From: Octopus bimaculoides
Lineage: Eukaryota
NCBI RefSeq assembly: GCF_001194135.2
Contig: NC_068982.1
Location: forward strand, 120,147,529-120,183,415
DNA length: 35,887 nt
Direction of reading: 5' to 3'
Notes under the pieces: model-generated
What the model saw: only the letters and a program-made list of their open reading frames with translations
What the model was told of the DNA's origin: nothing
Database searches by the model: none
Program-made: the position numbers and the translations under genes
Shown: positions 22,407 through 34,320 of the stretch, in pieces
How positions within the stretch are numbered: position 1 is the stretch's first letter
How the letters are laid out: every line of letters starts with the position of its first letter

Positions 22407-23800
22407 CGCTGACCACTACATTTATATTTTTTCTCCTTGTTTCTCTCTTTATTTCTTTCTGTGTTCCTTTCAGTTGAAGAGCATAGTTCGAAACGTCAAA
22501 AACTTTATCTATTCCCGAGCGTTAAACTTATACATCCATTTGTTGTTTACACCACCTGTCTTCGTCTGTTGTTTTTTTTTTCGTAAATTCTCCCAATCTT
22601 ACTTTTGCCAATTTCCTTATAAATTTTCTTTACGTCTTGTTTTGTTGATAAAATTTGATCCTTTTGTCATACCTTTTAAGCCGTTGAGCTTTCAGTTGTA
22701 TTCGTTGCTTCAAGTGTTCGTTGACTGCAGTGAGGTTTATAAAATCTTTGATTTTTATATTTTTGCTTGACTTTTCTAGGTTGTTTTGCCTTAACATTTA
22801 CTTCTCTAGTAAGTTCATCGAGAACCGATATATCCGCCCGCAGAGATTCGATCTCTTTTTGAATTGCTACTTTCCACTTAGGAGGTCTATTGACATGATT
22901 GGCCCTTTTCCGTGTTTTCCTGATACCTAGTTGAGTAATTACCACTTTAGTAGTGGTATAGATGAGGTTATTTAAGGTTGTTAGGTAATTTCCCTTACTA
23001 CTTAAGATTTATCTAAGAGTAACATTATATACCGAGATTATGTTCTTTTTTTTATGCTGTTTGAAAACTTAGCCAGCGGTTCTTTATTGATGATGTCAGT
23101 AGACTCAGTCGTGCTGAGTTCTCTCATAATATATTCTTTTGCTTCTATGATCTTCTCTTTATTATTCACCTCAAATATTGTGTCATATTTATTCTGGTGT
23201 TCTTGAGGTAGATCTGCTTTCTCTTCTTTTTCCACATATCTGTTCTTCACTATTCTTTCTTCAGCTTCCATCGTTGGGATGTACTGCTCGTACATTGGGT
23301 ACTGTGCATCTGTTACCTATTTCATATGCATTGTTGCTGTTTTCATTTGGTCTACCATGAGATATTTGTGTCTTAATCTGGCTAATTTTAGCGTCAGTTA
23401 ACCTTTTATTTTTAATGATGTCTCTGCGTACTTAGTTTATTTGCACCTATATATCTACGTACTTCATCACCTACTAAGTTTGCAGTATGAGGTTATTGTC
23501 TGGGTTTAGTTGAGCTGTATAGAAAGCTTTCAACAGATCTCTATAACCCTCTCTAGTCCATTTTATGCGTTTTGCTTCAGGTGAAATTTTTGGTGATGTC
23601 ACTACAGGACTAGGGTTAGAGTTATCCTGGATCTGGTTACGTATTAGATCGTTTTTTTTTTGTTTTTTTTTTTTAGAGTTTATTCCAGCAGCAGACTTTT
23701 CGACCCCAGTCTGGTTCCCCACTGAGTAATGCGGTCCTTGTCGCGAGTGATGACAGATCCGGCATGAATTTTAGTTTGTCATTAAAGCATTGACGGTCCA
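21689..23800 (-). mobile_element. R4/Dong-clade copy 2 (different subfamily), 5' half, interrupted by microsatellite, gap and another repeat
   Basis: Myb-like KRIKWTREGYRDLLKAFY; PPKWKVAIQKEIESLRADIS; HLKQRIQLKAQRLKRYDKRIKFYQQNK; KSHKWQTPGLDRIPNFWL; NYQAITCLDTTYKILTSIL. 5' boundary uncertain (23800 to about 24440). Confidence 0.85.
22407..22596 (+). mobile_element. Short insertion resembling a Penelope-type terminal repeat, nested in Dong copy 2
   Basis: Interrupts Dong coding homology, follows (GATA)n, and contains TTGAAGAGCATAGTTCGAAACGTC (minimal hammerhead-like). Family assignment is inference. Confidence 0.45.
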
Positions 23801-24441
23801 GAGTTGACTTCTTGACCTGACACCGCTTCCTTGTTCTTCGAATGGATATATTTATCATATCGTAGGCCGACAGATTGAAAATCGCCTCTACATTTTCTTT
23901 TTTTTTTTTTTTGTAGCTAAGTTTCCGGGCATAACTGTTTTGTTATGTTTTGACCTGAGTTACTAATTTGCTCCTTTTTATATTCGTTTGTGGGAAGTCG
24001 CTTTGTTTTTGTTTGGTACGGCATCGCTCGTGACACGTGTTTTTTTCTTTTATTTTCTGTGTGTGTACGTGTGTGTCGTGCAGGCATTATTTATGTTGCT
24101 TATAGATATTAACATGTGTACATGGATACGTGAAGAGTTGCATGTATAGGTAATTATTCAAATTACGTACTTACTGTGTAAGTGGTATTTTACCAGATTT
24201 CCTAATTTTGGTTTCGACTTCTCGCGTATGCTGCATTGATATAAAGTGCATTTAAGAAAGAAACTGCATTTTATATAACAAAAGTCTTTTCGTTTTTTTT
24301 TGTTTTTTCTGCCTGAACAGAACTTTTCCCACAGTTGTACTGCGAAGTTTTCCTTCCATCGCACCGATGTTATTGGATCGAGTTTGTTTTGAGGAGAGAT
24401 TTTCTTAGTGTATGCCCATGTTATTTAACCCGGAGCTATTC

Positions 24442-24482
24442 CTCTTCTTCTTTCTTTCTTCTTCTTCTTCTTCTTCTTCTTC

Positions 24483-24519
<37 letters not shown>

Positions 24520-24527
24520 GATTGTTA

Positions 24528-24588
<61 letters not shown>
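24442..24588. repeat. (TCT)n(TAT)n compound microsatellite
   Basis: Direct reading. Confidence 0.95.
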
Positions 24589-24589
<1 letters not shown>

Positions 24590-24989
24590 GGCAGCCATCA
24601 ACCAATAACGTGAATCTCTTGAATTATTCCTTGTTTACAGTTTCTGGCTATTAGTAGTCTGCTTACAACGGATGGAGTATTCAGTCTCAGTGTCACCTAC
24701 TGTGGAGAGGAAGTTTCCGCGTTTGAGTAAAACGACTACTTTATTATTAATAATGTCATCTAACATCAGGACTACTGCCATCATGATCATCACCATCAAC
24801 AATACCATATTGTCGCCATCATTATCGTTGCTGTCAACGCCATTGTCAATGAGTGTTGTATTAATTTATTTTAAATTTCCTTTCTAAAACAGAATTGTTA
24901 CTTTTTTGCTTTTTAGGATCGCTTTGAAATCTGTTGTTCCATGATGGTAGCTATATTGATTTTTTTCGTGTATATGTCGAGATAAGGTG

Positions 24990-25190
<201 letters not shown>

Positions 25191-25318
25191 ATAGAAGCTA
25201 GGTTTATATATATAAACAAGGATAAAAGTTTAGAAAAAAATCTAAATCATTATAGGTGAAATATAGTTTTAATTATTATTGACTACATATGTAAACGATA
25301 TTATCTTTCGTTGTTTAG

Positions 25319-25404
25319 GTTGAAACAGAATTCCAATAAAACAGTCTGTGATTTAATGCAACAAAGTAGACACGATAAGAGAAATCCACATGCGTTAGAA
25401 CCAG
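25319..25404 (+). CDS. Candidate internal exon, unknown product
   Basis: Acceptor TATCTTTCGTTGTTTAG|G, donor CAG|GTAAGG, 86 nt, single open frame LKQNSNKTVCDLMQQSRHDKRNPHALEP; no recognised homology. Confidence 0.28.
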
Positions 25405-25530
25405 GTAAGGTCATTGCTAATAACTGAAATTACATTAATGCGAGGTAAAGGCTAAGTCTAGTTAAGTTAGACATACATAAGTTTGCCATAGATAAACTAG
25501 GTCTAAATAGGCTCAACTTAGTTAAGTTAG

Positions 25531-25910
25531 GGTGGAGGCGCAATGGCCCAGTGGTTAGTGCAGCGGACTCGCGGTCATAGGATCGCGGTTTCGATTCCCA
25601 AGCCGGGCGTTGTGAGTATTTATTGAGCGAAAACACCTAAAGCTCCACGAGGCTCCGGCCGTGGATGGTGGCGAACCCTGCTGTACTCTTTCATCACAAC
25701 TTTCTCTCACTCTTACTTCCTGTTTCTGTTGTGCCTGTATTTCAAAGGGTCAGCCTTGTCACGCTGAATATCCCCGAGAACTACGTTAAGGGTACACGTG
25801 TCTATGGTGTGCTCAGCCACTTGCACGTTAATTTCACGAGCAGGCTGTTCCGTTGATCGGATCAACTTGAACCCTCGACGTCGTAAGCGACGGAGTGCCA
25901 ACACACACAC
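25531..25910 (+). mobile_element. tRNA-derived SINE family A, full length
   Basis: A/B boxes, clear homology to 4472-4834, (CA)n tail, 11-bp TSD AGTTAAGTTAG (25520-25530 / 25911-25921). Confidence 0.92.
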
Positions 25911-27070
25911 AGTTAAGTTAGACAAATATAAACTAGATCTAGATTAGCTAAGTTTAGCTAAGCTAGATCTCTATAAACTAAGTCAAGATAAGCTACGTCC
26001 ACGTAAACTATGGGATGAGCTACATCTAGCGCTAGATAATATAGATGCGGATAAACCACCTTTAGATTACTTTATTTAATTTAAGCTAAACTACTTTTCA
26101 AAGCTTTAGTCTGGTTACGAAGTTGTTCCATGACTGATGATGGACCTCCAAGGCTGATCAGATTGATGTATTCGATGTTTGTTTTTTGTTTTTTTTTGTG
26201 GAAAAGCGGCAAACTATCCGTATAAAAAGAGCTGGAAGGAGCGGGAAAAGTGATTATATAAGTACAGATGACGAGAGGAGATACTAGTAATGTGGAGTCA
26301 GGGTGAGGATAGAGAAAGGTGTTGGTGAGTGACTGCTTGCATATCAAATGCATAAAGTCGATTTGATCATTTAAGATATATTTAGTCGAGATATATTTAG
26401 ATGCCAAAATTCGTTTTACCAAAAGCTAGACTAATTTCATTAGTCAGAAAAATACTTGCTAGTCTCATCAGTTACTCGTCATGTAGAAAAATTCACGTGT
26501 GGTGCACATTAAAATACTATTCGCAAATCTAAGACACTAATTTTGCTGAACATACACATATATGCACACATACTCGCATAACCATACACGCACACACACA
26601 TACAGTGTAGAGCTCGACCAGTTTACAATAACTATTCCTGACAACAAATTTGCATCACTCCAAACAACCCCAGAAAGCTAAGTAAGCGGCTGGTAGTATC
26701 CTCTCAAACATGTGCTTCTACATCCCACATACATGAGAAGTTGATAACATCAAATCTTACAAATGTTTGACATGACACTGCGCTACGTTAATACAGCCGA
26801 AGAACACTACCAACAAAACAAAATAGAACACCTACCCAATACCAACTGACTAGCTTTTATCCTCTCCCGCAACTCATGCACGGCTACTATATGTGCAAAA
26901 GTTGCCTTTGTGCACTGTACAGTCTGCAAGCTCAGTCTAGAACTTAGGCGGCATGCTATAGGGTTTTACAACCATGTACTGACAGCAAACGATCATCGTC
27001 TCAAGTGTTATCGAAAGTTAACAAGTACCCTCTGCGAATCTTACATTTTTCTCCATCAATTGTTCAGAAA

Positions 27071-27075
<5 letters not shown>

Positions 27076-27138
<63 letters not shown>
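27076..27138. repeat. (CT)n microsatellite
   Basis: Direct reading. Confidence 0.95.
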
Positions 27139-27140
<2 letters not shown>

Positions 27141-27814
27141 GTCGTTAACATATATCTTTTCAAAACATTCAGTCACATACTTTCCCGCACAGCTTCCACA
27201 TAGACAAATCTACCTTCCTATATCACTCACTAATAATCACTTTCTATGGAAAAATTTGGTGAAAACAATGTCATTACACTTAGCATTTGAAAGGCTGTGT
27301 CTGATACAAAACTCAAAATTCCCTGCTTGGTGGGGGGTCACATTTCTTGAGTTAGGGGCATCAAGTATTGTAGCGTGCACAGATACAACTTTGTGACCCA
27401 CATTTCATCTCTGGTATTCTCAAAACTCATTCATGTTGACCACTATTTTCTTTTTGTAAAATAAGGGTTTACTCGCCAATACCTCAAATAATTCCCACGC
27501 CTAGGCAGATGATGCCATGTTTTAATTTTTCTTCAACTTCAGTCTACAGGTATGTCAATACAGCGTTACTTCTATGAACAAAGACATCCAAAGAAAAAAA
27601 ATTTCCTGTGGGAACGTGATAGCCTCGATTTCTTCAACAACACAATTATCTTGTCACAATGCATAACCAAGAAAGATTCTTTAATCATGTGGAATACATA
27701 ATTAGAACTCTCAAAATCGTGTCGCTCAGTCTGACAGGTGAGTCTATGATTTCGTGACCGTGAGTCAACACTCAAAACACTAGGCCGCACGCCATCACAT
27801 CCGATGATAATCAT

Positions 27815-27840
27815 ATATATATTTATATATGTGTGTGTGT

Positions 27841-27871
<31 letters not shown>

Positions 27872-28274
27872 NNNNNNNNNNNNNNNNNNNNNNNNNNNNN
27901 NNNNNNNNNNNNNNNNNNNNNNNNNNNNNNNNNNNNNNNNNNNNNNNNNNNNNNNNNNNNNNNNNNNNNNNNNNNNNNNNNNNNNNNNNNNNNNNNNNNN
28001 NNNNNNNNNNNNNNNNNNNNNNNNNNNNNNNNNNNNNNNNNNNNNNNNNNNNNNNNNNNNNNNNNNNNNNNNNNNNNNNNNNNNNNNNNNNNNNNNNNNN
28101 NNNNNNNNNNNNNNNNNNNNNNNNNNNNNNNNNNNNNNNNNNNNNNNNNNNNNNNNNNNNNNNNNNNNNNNNNNNNNNNNNNNNNNNNNNNNNNNNNNNN
28201 NNNNNNNNNNNNNNNNNNNNNNNNNNNNNNNNNNNNNNNNNNNNNNNNNNNNNNNNNNNNNNNNNNNNNNNNNN

Positions 28275-28348
<74 letters not shown>

Positions 28349-28402
28349 AGTGTATGTATGTATGTAGGTACGTATGTATGTGTGTATGTATGTATGTATA
28401 TG

Positions 28403-28495
<93 letters not shown>

Positions 28496-28560
28496 ATGTA
28501 TAGATAGTTGGATGGATGGATGGATGCATGGATGCATGCATGCATGTATATATGTATGTA
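27815..28560. repeat. Compound TG/TA/TATG/GATG microsatellite block spanning gap 27872-28274
   Basis: Direct reading. Confidence 0.9.
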
Positions 28561-29019
28561 TGAATACTTCATTATCTTCGTCGTATCTTTATAACTGACG
28601 GGTTAATAATTAATCCGAAATAAATTAAACAAAAGCAGTCTTTACAGTAATAATTCACAATCGATTTAGTTTTGATTTTGAAGCTATGTCATGTGCACGT
28701 CATCAACACCATTATCAGTAGATAGCTTTAGAATAGAATGTTGAGATACTGAAACTAAATCATTATCTCTGGGATACCGGCCATTTCGTATGAAAAATTA
28801 CATTAATTATTTTTTCATTAATTAAAATAGATGGCTACTTTTCACTCTGAAGAACAGGGGAAACAAACTGTAATTAAGAAATATATAGATATTTTAAATA
28901 GTGTACGCCAAATAGCCATGGATAGTGGCTAATTGAATGTGTGAAGTAAGTAAAGCAACATAATTGTCCTCGCTAGTCGAAAGCCAGGTTCGAGTCATTT
29001 TTTGTTCTCAGACAATTTA

Positions 29020-29180
29020 GGCGTTGAACTTGCAGAATCGTTAGAGCGTCGAACAAAATGCCTTATCGTATATAGTCACAATTTTTTCTCTGAGTTCAAA
29101 TCTCACTGAAGTTATCTTTGCCTTTCTTCCTCATGGTTTAATAAAATGAATTACCACTCAAGTATTGGAACCGATTTAAT
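29020..29180 (+). mobile_element. SINE family B, degenerate copy
   Basis: GGCG...TGCAGAATCGTTAG...CTGAGTTCAAATC...CTTTGCCTTTC matches family B. Confidence 0.65.
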
Positions 29181-29529
29181 ATTCCTACAAAACAACCTAG
29201 GTGAGAATGTACATACAAGAGAAGACAAAAATTACTTAGGACATTATCCGATAAATCTATATTTATAAAATTGTAGGGCATGATTTGTGGAAAATTTGGT
29301 TGTTATTTATAGCAGATGTAACTGCTGTATAAAAGATCTCTTATTTGCTCTTATTCCAACATATCTGCTCGAAATATTAGACTTCTTTTCCACACGCCAA
29401 AATAATTCATTCCACTTGGCATGAGCATGCATTTACTACATAGTGGCACTGGCCATCACCAGTTTTATTGCATTCCTGATAATTGTATTGAAATACTTGT
29501 TAATACTTATTAAATTATTTACACATAGT

Positions 29530-29700
29530 ATGGAAGAACAACGTGGATGACTTCTGGAGAAGAACATTTCTGTTGAAAAGAACACGGCTGGTACTCTGCC
29601 AACAATATGTACACGTCTTGCGAGTTCAGATAAGCAGACACCGTTGTAGTAGCGATAAAGTATTTATAGAAAAACAATCAAAGCATTTCTAAAAGAAATA
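29530..29700 (-). mobile_element. CR1/L2-group LINE ORF2 C-terminal relic
   Basis: LYRYYNGVCLSELA...SRSHP resembles the LFYRYY.G.CS.ELA...S..HP tail of CR1-group elements. Confidence 0.42.
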
Positions 29701-30414
29701 GACTCTGTCCATCAAGAATCTGGTACCTTTGTATATTGATGTAATATATACACATAGCAGTAAATTTTGGTAAAATAATTTTTTTCTATGTTTTCTTGAC
29801 TCCGAATAATTGAAGGTAAAGTCCTCCAAGGGATTTGAACCACACCTCTATATATGCATTGTTTTCTGGTGTTTTACCGATTCTGCCAAAGTGAGAATAT
29901 TAGTATATGTTTCGACAAATCTATGTATATCATTGGGGTTTTATAAACCTGCATAAGTTTTCTGAATAATATCACATTTTCCCCTTTGATTTCCTTTTTC
30001 AAGTCCAGAAAATGTTTCAGTCTGAAACATCACAACTATCACACACTCGTACCTCTAAGAATGCGTGTAAGGAAATGTTAAAAAGAAAAATCAAGTAAAC
30101 TCTTGGCACATATCTCAACCATTTTCTAATCATCCAGTTTAGTTATGCATCCATTTTTGTTGTTTCCTCCAGTACTACAACAGTTTCTGCTCGTCTGAAA
30201 TTGTTCAGCGTAAACACTTTCTACTCTATAGGTTACTGAGAACTATAGACTTCACTATATGTATTATTTAATTTCGCGTATCTGGATTCCCTTAGACTGG
30301 AAGAAAACGAATATGATAATGTTTTTAGTGAAAACTTGAATCTACTTTCTTCTCATCCATTCCGATGTGAGACAATAATGTTTTCAAATTTTGGCAAAAA
30401 GCCAGCAATTTCGG

Positions 30415-30548
30415 TGGAAGGGCTAAGTCGATTACATCAACCCCGAAAGGATGAAAGTCAGGATCGACCTCGCCGGAATTTGAACTCAGAACGTAAAGAC
30501 GGACAAAATAGCTCCAAGCATTTTGCCCGGCGCGGTAACGATTTTGTC
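30415..30548 (-). mobile_element. SINE family B with internal deletion
   Basis: Clear homology to the 32431 copy, lacking the segment between its two ATCGACCCC motifs. Confidence 0.8.
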
Positions 30549-30760
30549 TTTGCATGTTTTTGCGTTTGTGTCTATGTTTATGCGTGCGATTGTGTCAGTG
30601 TATGTGTGCATCTATCTTAGCATGTGTCTGTATATAGCTACATGTAGGTTGTTAGTGTCTATACATATGAATGTGTGTTTATATGTGTCTATGAGTGTAT
30701 ATTCGCATGCGCGTGTATATATGTGTATGTATGCATGCATGTATGTATATATATATATGT

Positions 30761-31490
30761 ATGTTATTATTCAGTTTATTTCAAGATTTCATGCCAATAA
30801 AGAAAGAACCGGTTTCTAACCTAGATCCAAGGCTCCTTCATTAGAATTTCAACATCAATAACAGGGTATGTATGTATGTATGTATGTATGTATGTATATA
30901 TGTGTGTATGTATGTATGTATGTATGTATGTGCAGATTTGTATTTTCGTGCATATAGTTGTATGTCTAAACAAGTTCATATATATTTAAATGATAAACTT
31001 CTGGAAAGTTTTACACATTTTTACAGTTCAGTGATGGATTGAATCTGTAGTTTATGAATTAACTTTTTCCTTTCTGGTTTTGAGAAGCCTAATTTCTCAA
31101 GATTGGTATTTAGGCAGTGTGTTACATATCTCAGGACCCCAATAATTATAGGTATAAACCTGAACTTGCAATCTGGACAGAGTAACTGCAGATTTCTCAA
31201 TAGTTCAGCATAGGTATTCTCTTTTTCACTGATCTTCAACCTTATGTAAACGGTCACCTAATTTCCACAACTGTGCACAGTTTCTCTTCTCTATTCCAAA
31301 TCATTTTATCAGGTCTGTTTTGCTTACATTTGATTGTGGTCTTCACTGATACATTCCACCAGTATTCCTTTTTTATTATGAGTGGCTATTGCTTCTACCA
31401 TATTGTGGGTTCTTATTTCTTATTTGTGGCTTCTACCATAGTGCGGGTTCTTATTTACATTTTAATTGTTATTGCTTAGCCTCAGCTTAT
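30761..31490 (-). mobile_element. RLE-type (R4/Dong-related) LINE 3' fragment, third lineage
   Basis: EYWWNVSVKTTIKCKQNRPDKMIWNREEKLCTVVEI (PD..E RLE core); KISEKENTY...FIPIIIG...LQIQSIT; 3' UTR with internal (TACA)n and a short AATAATAA end. Confidence 0.78.
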
Positions 31491-31554
31491 CCCTTATGTA
31501 TGTATGTATATATGTATGTATGTATGCATGTATGTATTATGTATGTATGTATGT

Positions 31555-31888
31555 GAAGGCGCATGGCTCAGTAGTTAGAGCGTCGAGCTTACGATCGCGA
31601 GGCTGTGAGTTCGAATCCCGGACCGGGCTGTGTGTTGTGTTCTTGAGCAAGATATTTTATTTCACGTTGCTCCAGTTCACTCAGCTGTAGAAATGAGTCG
31701 CGACGTCACTGGTGCCAAGCTATATCGGCCTTTGCCTTTCCCTTGGACAACAATGATGGTGTGGAGAGGGGAGACTGGTATTCATGGGCGACTGCTGGTC
31801 TTCCATAAACAAACTTGCCCGGACTTGTGCTTCGGAGGGTAACTTTCAAGGTGCAATCCCATGGTCAGTCATGACCGAAGGGGGTCTC
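31555..31888 (+). mobile_element. tRNA-derived SINE family D, full length
   Basis: A box TGGCTCAGTAG, B box GAGTTCGAATCC, CORE-like TCTTGAGCAAGA...CTGTAGAAATG central block; flanked on both sides by (TATG)n. Confidence 0.9.
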
Positions 31889-31985
31889 AGCAATGTATGT
31901 ATGTATGTATGTATGTATGTATGCATGTATGTATGTATGTATGTAATGCGTTTATTTGTGTCACATAGTTGTTATTCATGATGCA

Positions 31986-32182
31986 CGAGTGAGTGCTGAA
32001 AATTCCTGGCTTCGGGAAAAAAATACAGGAGGGTCAATTAATTATGATTTTATTCGGCATATTCCCCCCTCAGATTCACACACTTCACTTTTCCTAAGCC
32101 CTGTAACAGAACTCAAAGATTGGTCCTCCAACCAGGCCTTTCGCGACATCCTTAAAGCCAGGAACTTTTCAACGCCCTCTCG
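31986..32182 (-). mobile_element. mariner-derived MITE (about 200 bp)
   Basis: TIRs CGAGTGAGTGCTGAAAATTCCTGGCTT and (revcomp) CGAGAGGGCGTTGAAAAGTTCCTGGCTT; TA at 32183-32184. Retains the transposase end KAWLEDQ...CVNLRGEYAE* on the minus strand. Confidence 0.85.
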
Positions 32183-32430
32183 TATAACTAATCCATGCGA
32201 AGATCATTAGCCATTAATTATGAAACACATTTTAACTGTTATCACTTAGCCCAGTTTATCCTTTATTCAACGAACTTATAAGCAGAGATGTTCTGCCGTG
32301 ACCATCTCGTCCTTCTTTTTCATGCACTGTGTATCCATGAAATTTGGTTTTGTTTTGCAAATTTTGCTGTTATTTCTAGCTGCCAAATATTTTTCGGTTC
32401 ATATCCTACAAAAACAAAAGATATTTATAT

Positions 32431-32658
32431 TCTTTATTGCCCACAAGGGGTTAAACATAGAAGGGACAAACAAGGACAGACAAAAGGATTAAGTCGATTA
32501 CATCGACCCCAGTGCGTAACTTGTACTTATTTAATCGACCCCGAAAGAATGAAATGCAAAGTCGAACTCGGCGGAATTTGAACTCAGAACGTAACGGCAG
32601 ATGAAATATCGCTAAGCATTTCTCCCGGCGCGCTAACGTTTCTACCAGCTCACCGCCT
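32431..32658 (-). mobile_element. SINE family B, full length (tail type 2)
   Basis: Same head and body as the 13453 copy, different 3' tail; perfect 14-bp TSD AAAGATATTTATAT (32417-32430 / 32659-32672). Confidence 0.92.
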
Positions 32659-33873
32659 AAAGATATTTATATATGTGTATCCCAATAATTAAAATAGTGT
32701 CTGTGCAAAATACGAATAAATTTGGAACATTTCTTTATTGGGTTAGGTTTGGTTACTGCATACATTTACATTTTTAAAGATCCTTATACTTACACATTTT
32801 TTATAGAAATGATCTAAAAGTACCTGTAGATTTTAATGGAATCTCCCTGTTGTTGTTGGCTTGCATGGTTGTGAATATGAACTTTTATAAGTTAGTATCC
32901 TGCGTGAAGAAGATGAATCTGACGTCCCGGCCTGTTCCTTCTGATGAAAGAACCTTTCCTTTCAAACAGTCTCGAAGCGTCGGATTATATTTGTTCCCAC
33001 AGCACATGAACTTATGTAAGCCCAAACTTCTCATAACAATAAAATTTTGCCGATACAAGCTACCACTAGTTACCTGATATTTTGCCTGCTATCCACATAG
33101 TATGCTACAGTCATCAACTAAAGCGATCAATAGAAACGGAATTCGATTGGTTATTAATGAGTTAAGGAAATACATCATTAGTAAATGCACTGCTGCTTCC
33201 ATTACAGCATTAGAGTTTATATCATTACGATATGTATTTTGTTTGAAAACAGCTGGATTTATAGTACAATTTTTATTTTTATTTATTCATAGGTGAGGAC
33301 AGCATAGATATTACAAATATTTATTACTGTACAGTCAAAAATCGGAGATATATAGGGCAAGAGGATTTGAGTCACATTTCATTTTTATATGTTTTTCTTA
33401 AGATCCAGGAACTGGAGAAGCAGGTGCTTCATGACGAATATCTACGGCACTAAAATCGCCACTTTTCCGGAAAAAAGTGAGGGGCCAAAAAAGGAACTTC
33501 TAATAACATATTGTCCCCCAACGCATGCACTCATTACGATAATAAGACTTAAGATGATCAATCAATATTTTCAATATAGTTTTCGGGATTGGGATTTCTC
33601 GAAAGGTCTGCACAGAATCTTTCTAAACTTTGCAACGCAATTTTCTCATCAACGTTTAACCCTCCTTCACATCTCTAACTTTTGAAAACTTCTCTGATTA
33701 GAGCTTCCACAAAAATTTCTTCTTTCAGTTTGAAATTTGTCTTCTTTTAGATTGGTATTATAGATCCGAAGAAAATTATCTCTCGAGTACTTGAATCTAG
33801 TTTACACTTTATTAACCATTTTATCTATCAATGACCAAACCCAAACTTGATTTGCACGAGAGAAAGAACACTT

Positions 33874-33874
<1 letters not shown>

Positions 33875-33919
<45 letters not shown>

Positions 33920-34230
33920 NNNNNNNNNNNNNNNNNNNNNNNNNNNNNNNNNNNNNNNNNNNNNNNNNNNNNNNNNNNNNNNNNNNNNNNNNNNNNNNNN
34001 NNNNNNNNNNNNNNNNNNNNNNNNNNNNNNNNNNNNNNNNNNNNNNNNNNNNNNNNNNNNNNNNNNNNNNNNNNNNNNNNNNNNNNNNNNNNNNNNNNNN
34101 NNNNNNNNNNNNNNNNNNNNNNNNNNNNNNNNNNNNNNNNNNNNNNNNNNNNNNNNNNNNNNNNNNNNNNNNNNNNNNNNNNNNNNNNNNNNNNNNNNNN
34201 NNNNNNNNNNNNNNNNNNNNNGTGTGTGTG

Positions 34231-34314
<84 letters not shown>

Positions 34315-34320
34315 CATATA
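33875..34320. repeat. TA/TG microsatellites spanning gap 33920-34221
   Basis: Direct reading. Confidence 0.9.

Noticed and set aside
24667-24699. 33-nt minus-strand microexon candidate (GDTETEYSIR) with plausible splice sites
   Set aside because: No homology, and such short AG/GT-bounded segments arise by chance in 36 kb; needs RNA-seq.
26081-26422. 113-aa minus-strand ORF, one of the longest repeat-free ORFs
   Set aside because: No recognisable motif, crosses a poly-T tract and has no splice context; expected by chance.
33074-33117. 44-nt minus-strand exon candidate (LMTVAYYVDSRQNI)
   Set aside because: Same reason; no supporting motif or partner exon.
33310-33790. Possible DNA transposon end region
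   Set aside because: No matching TIR or coding homology could be identified within the window.
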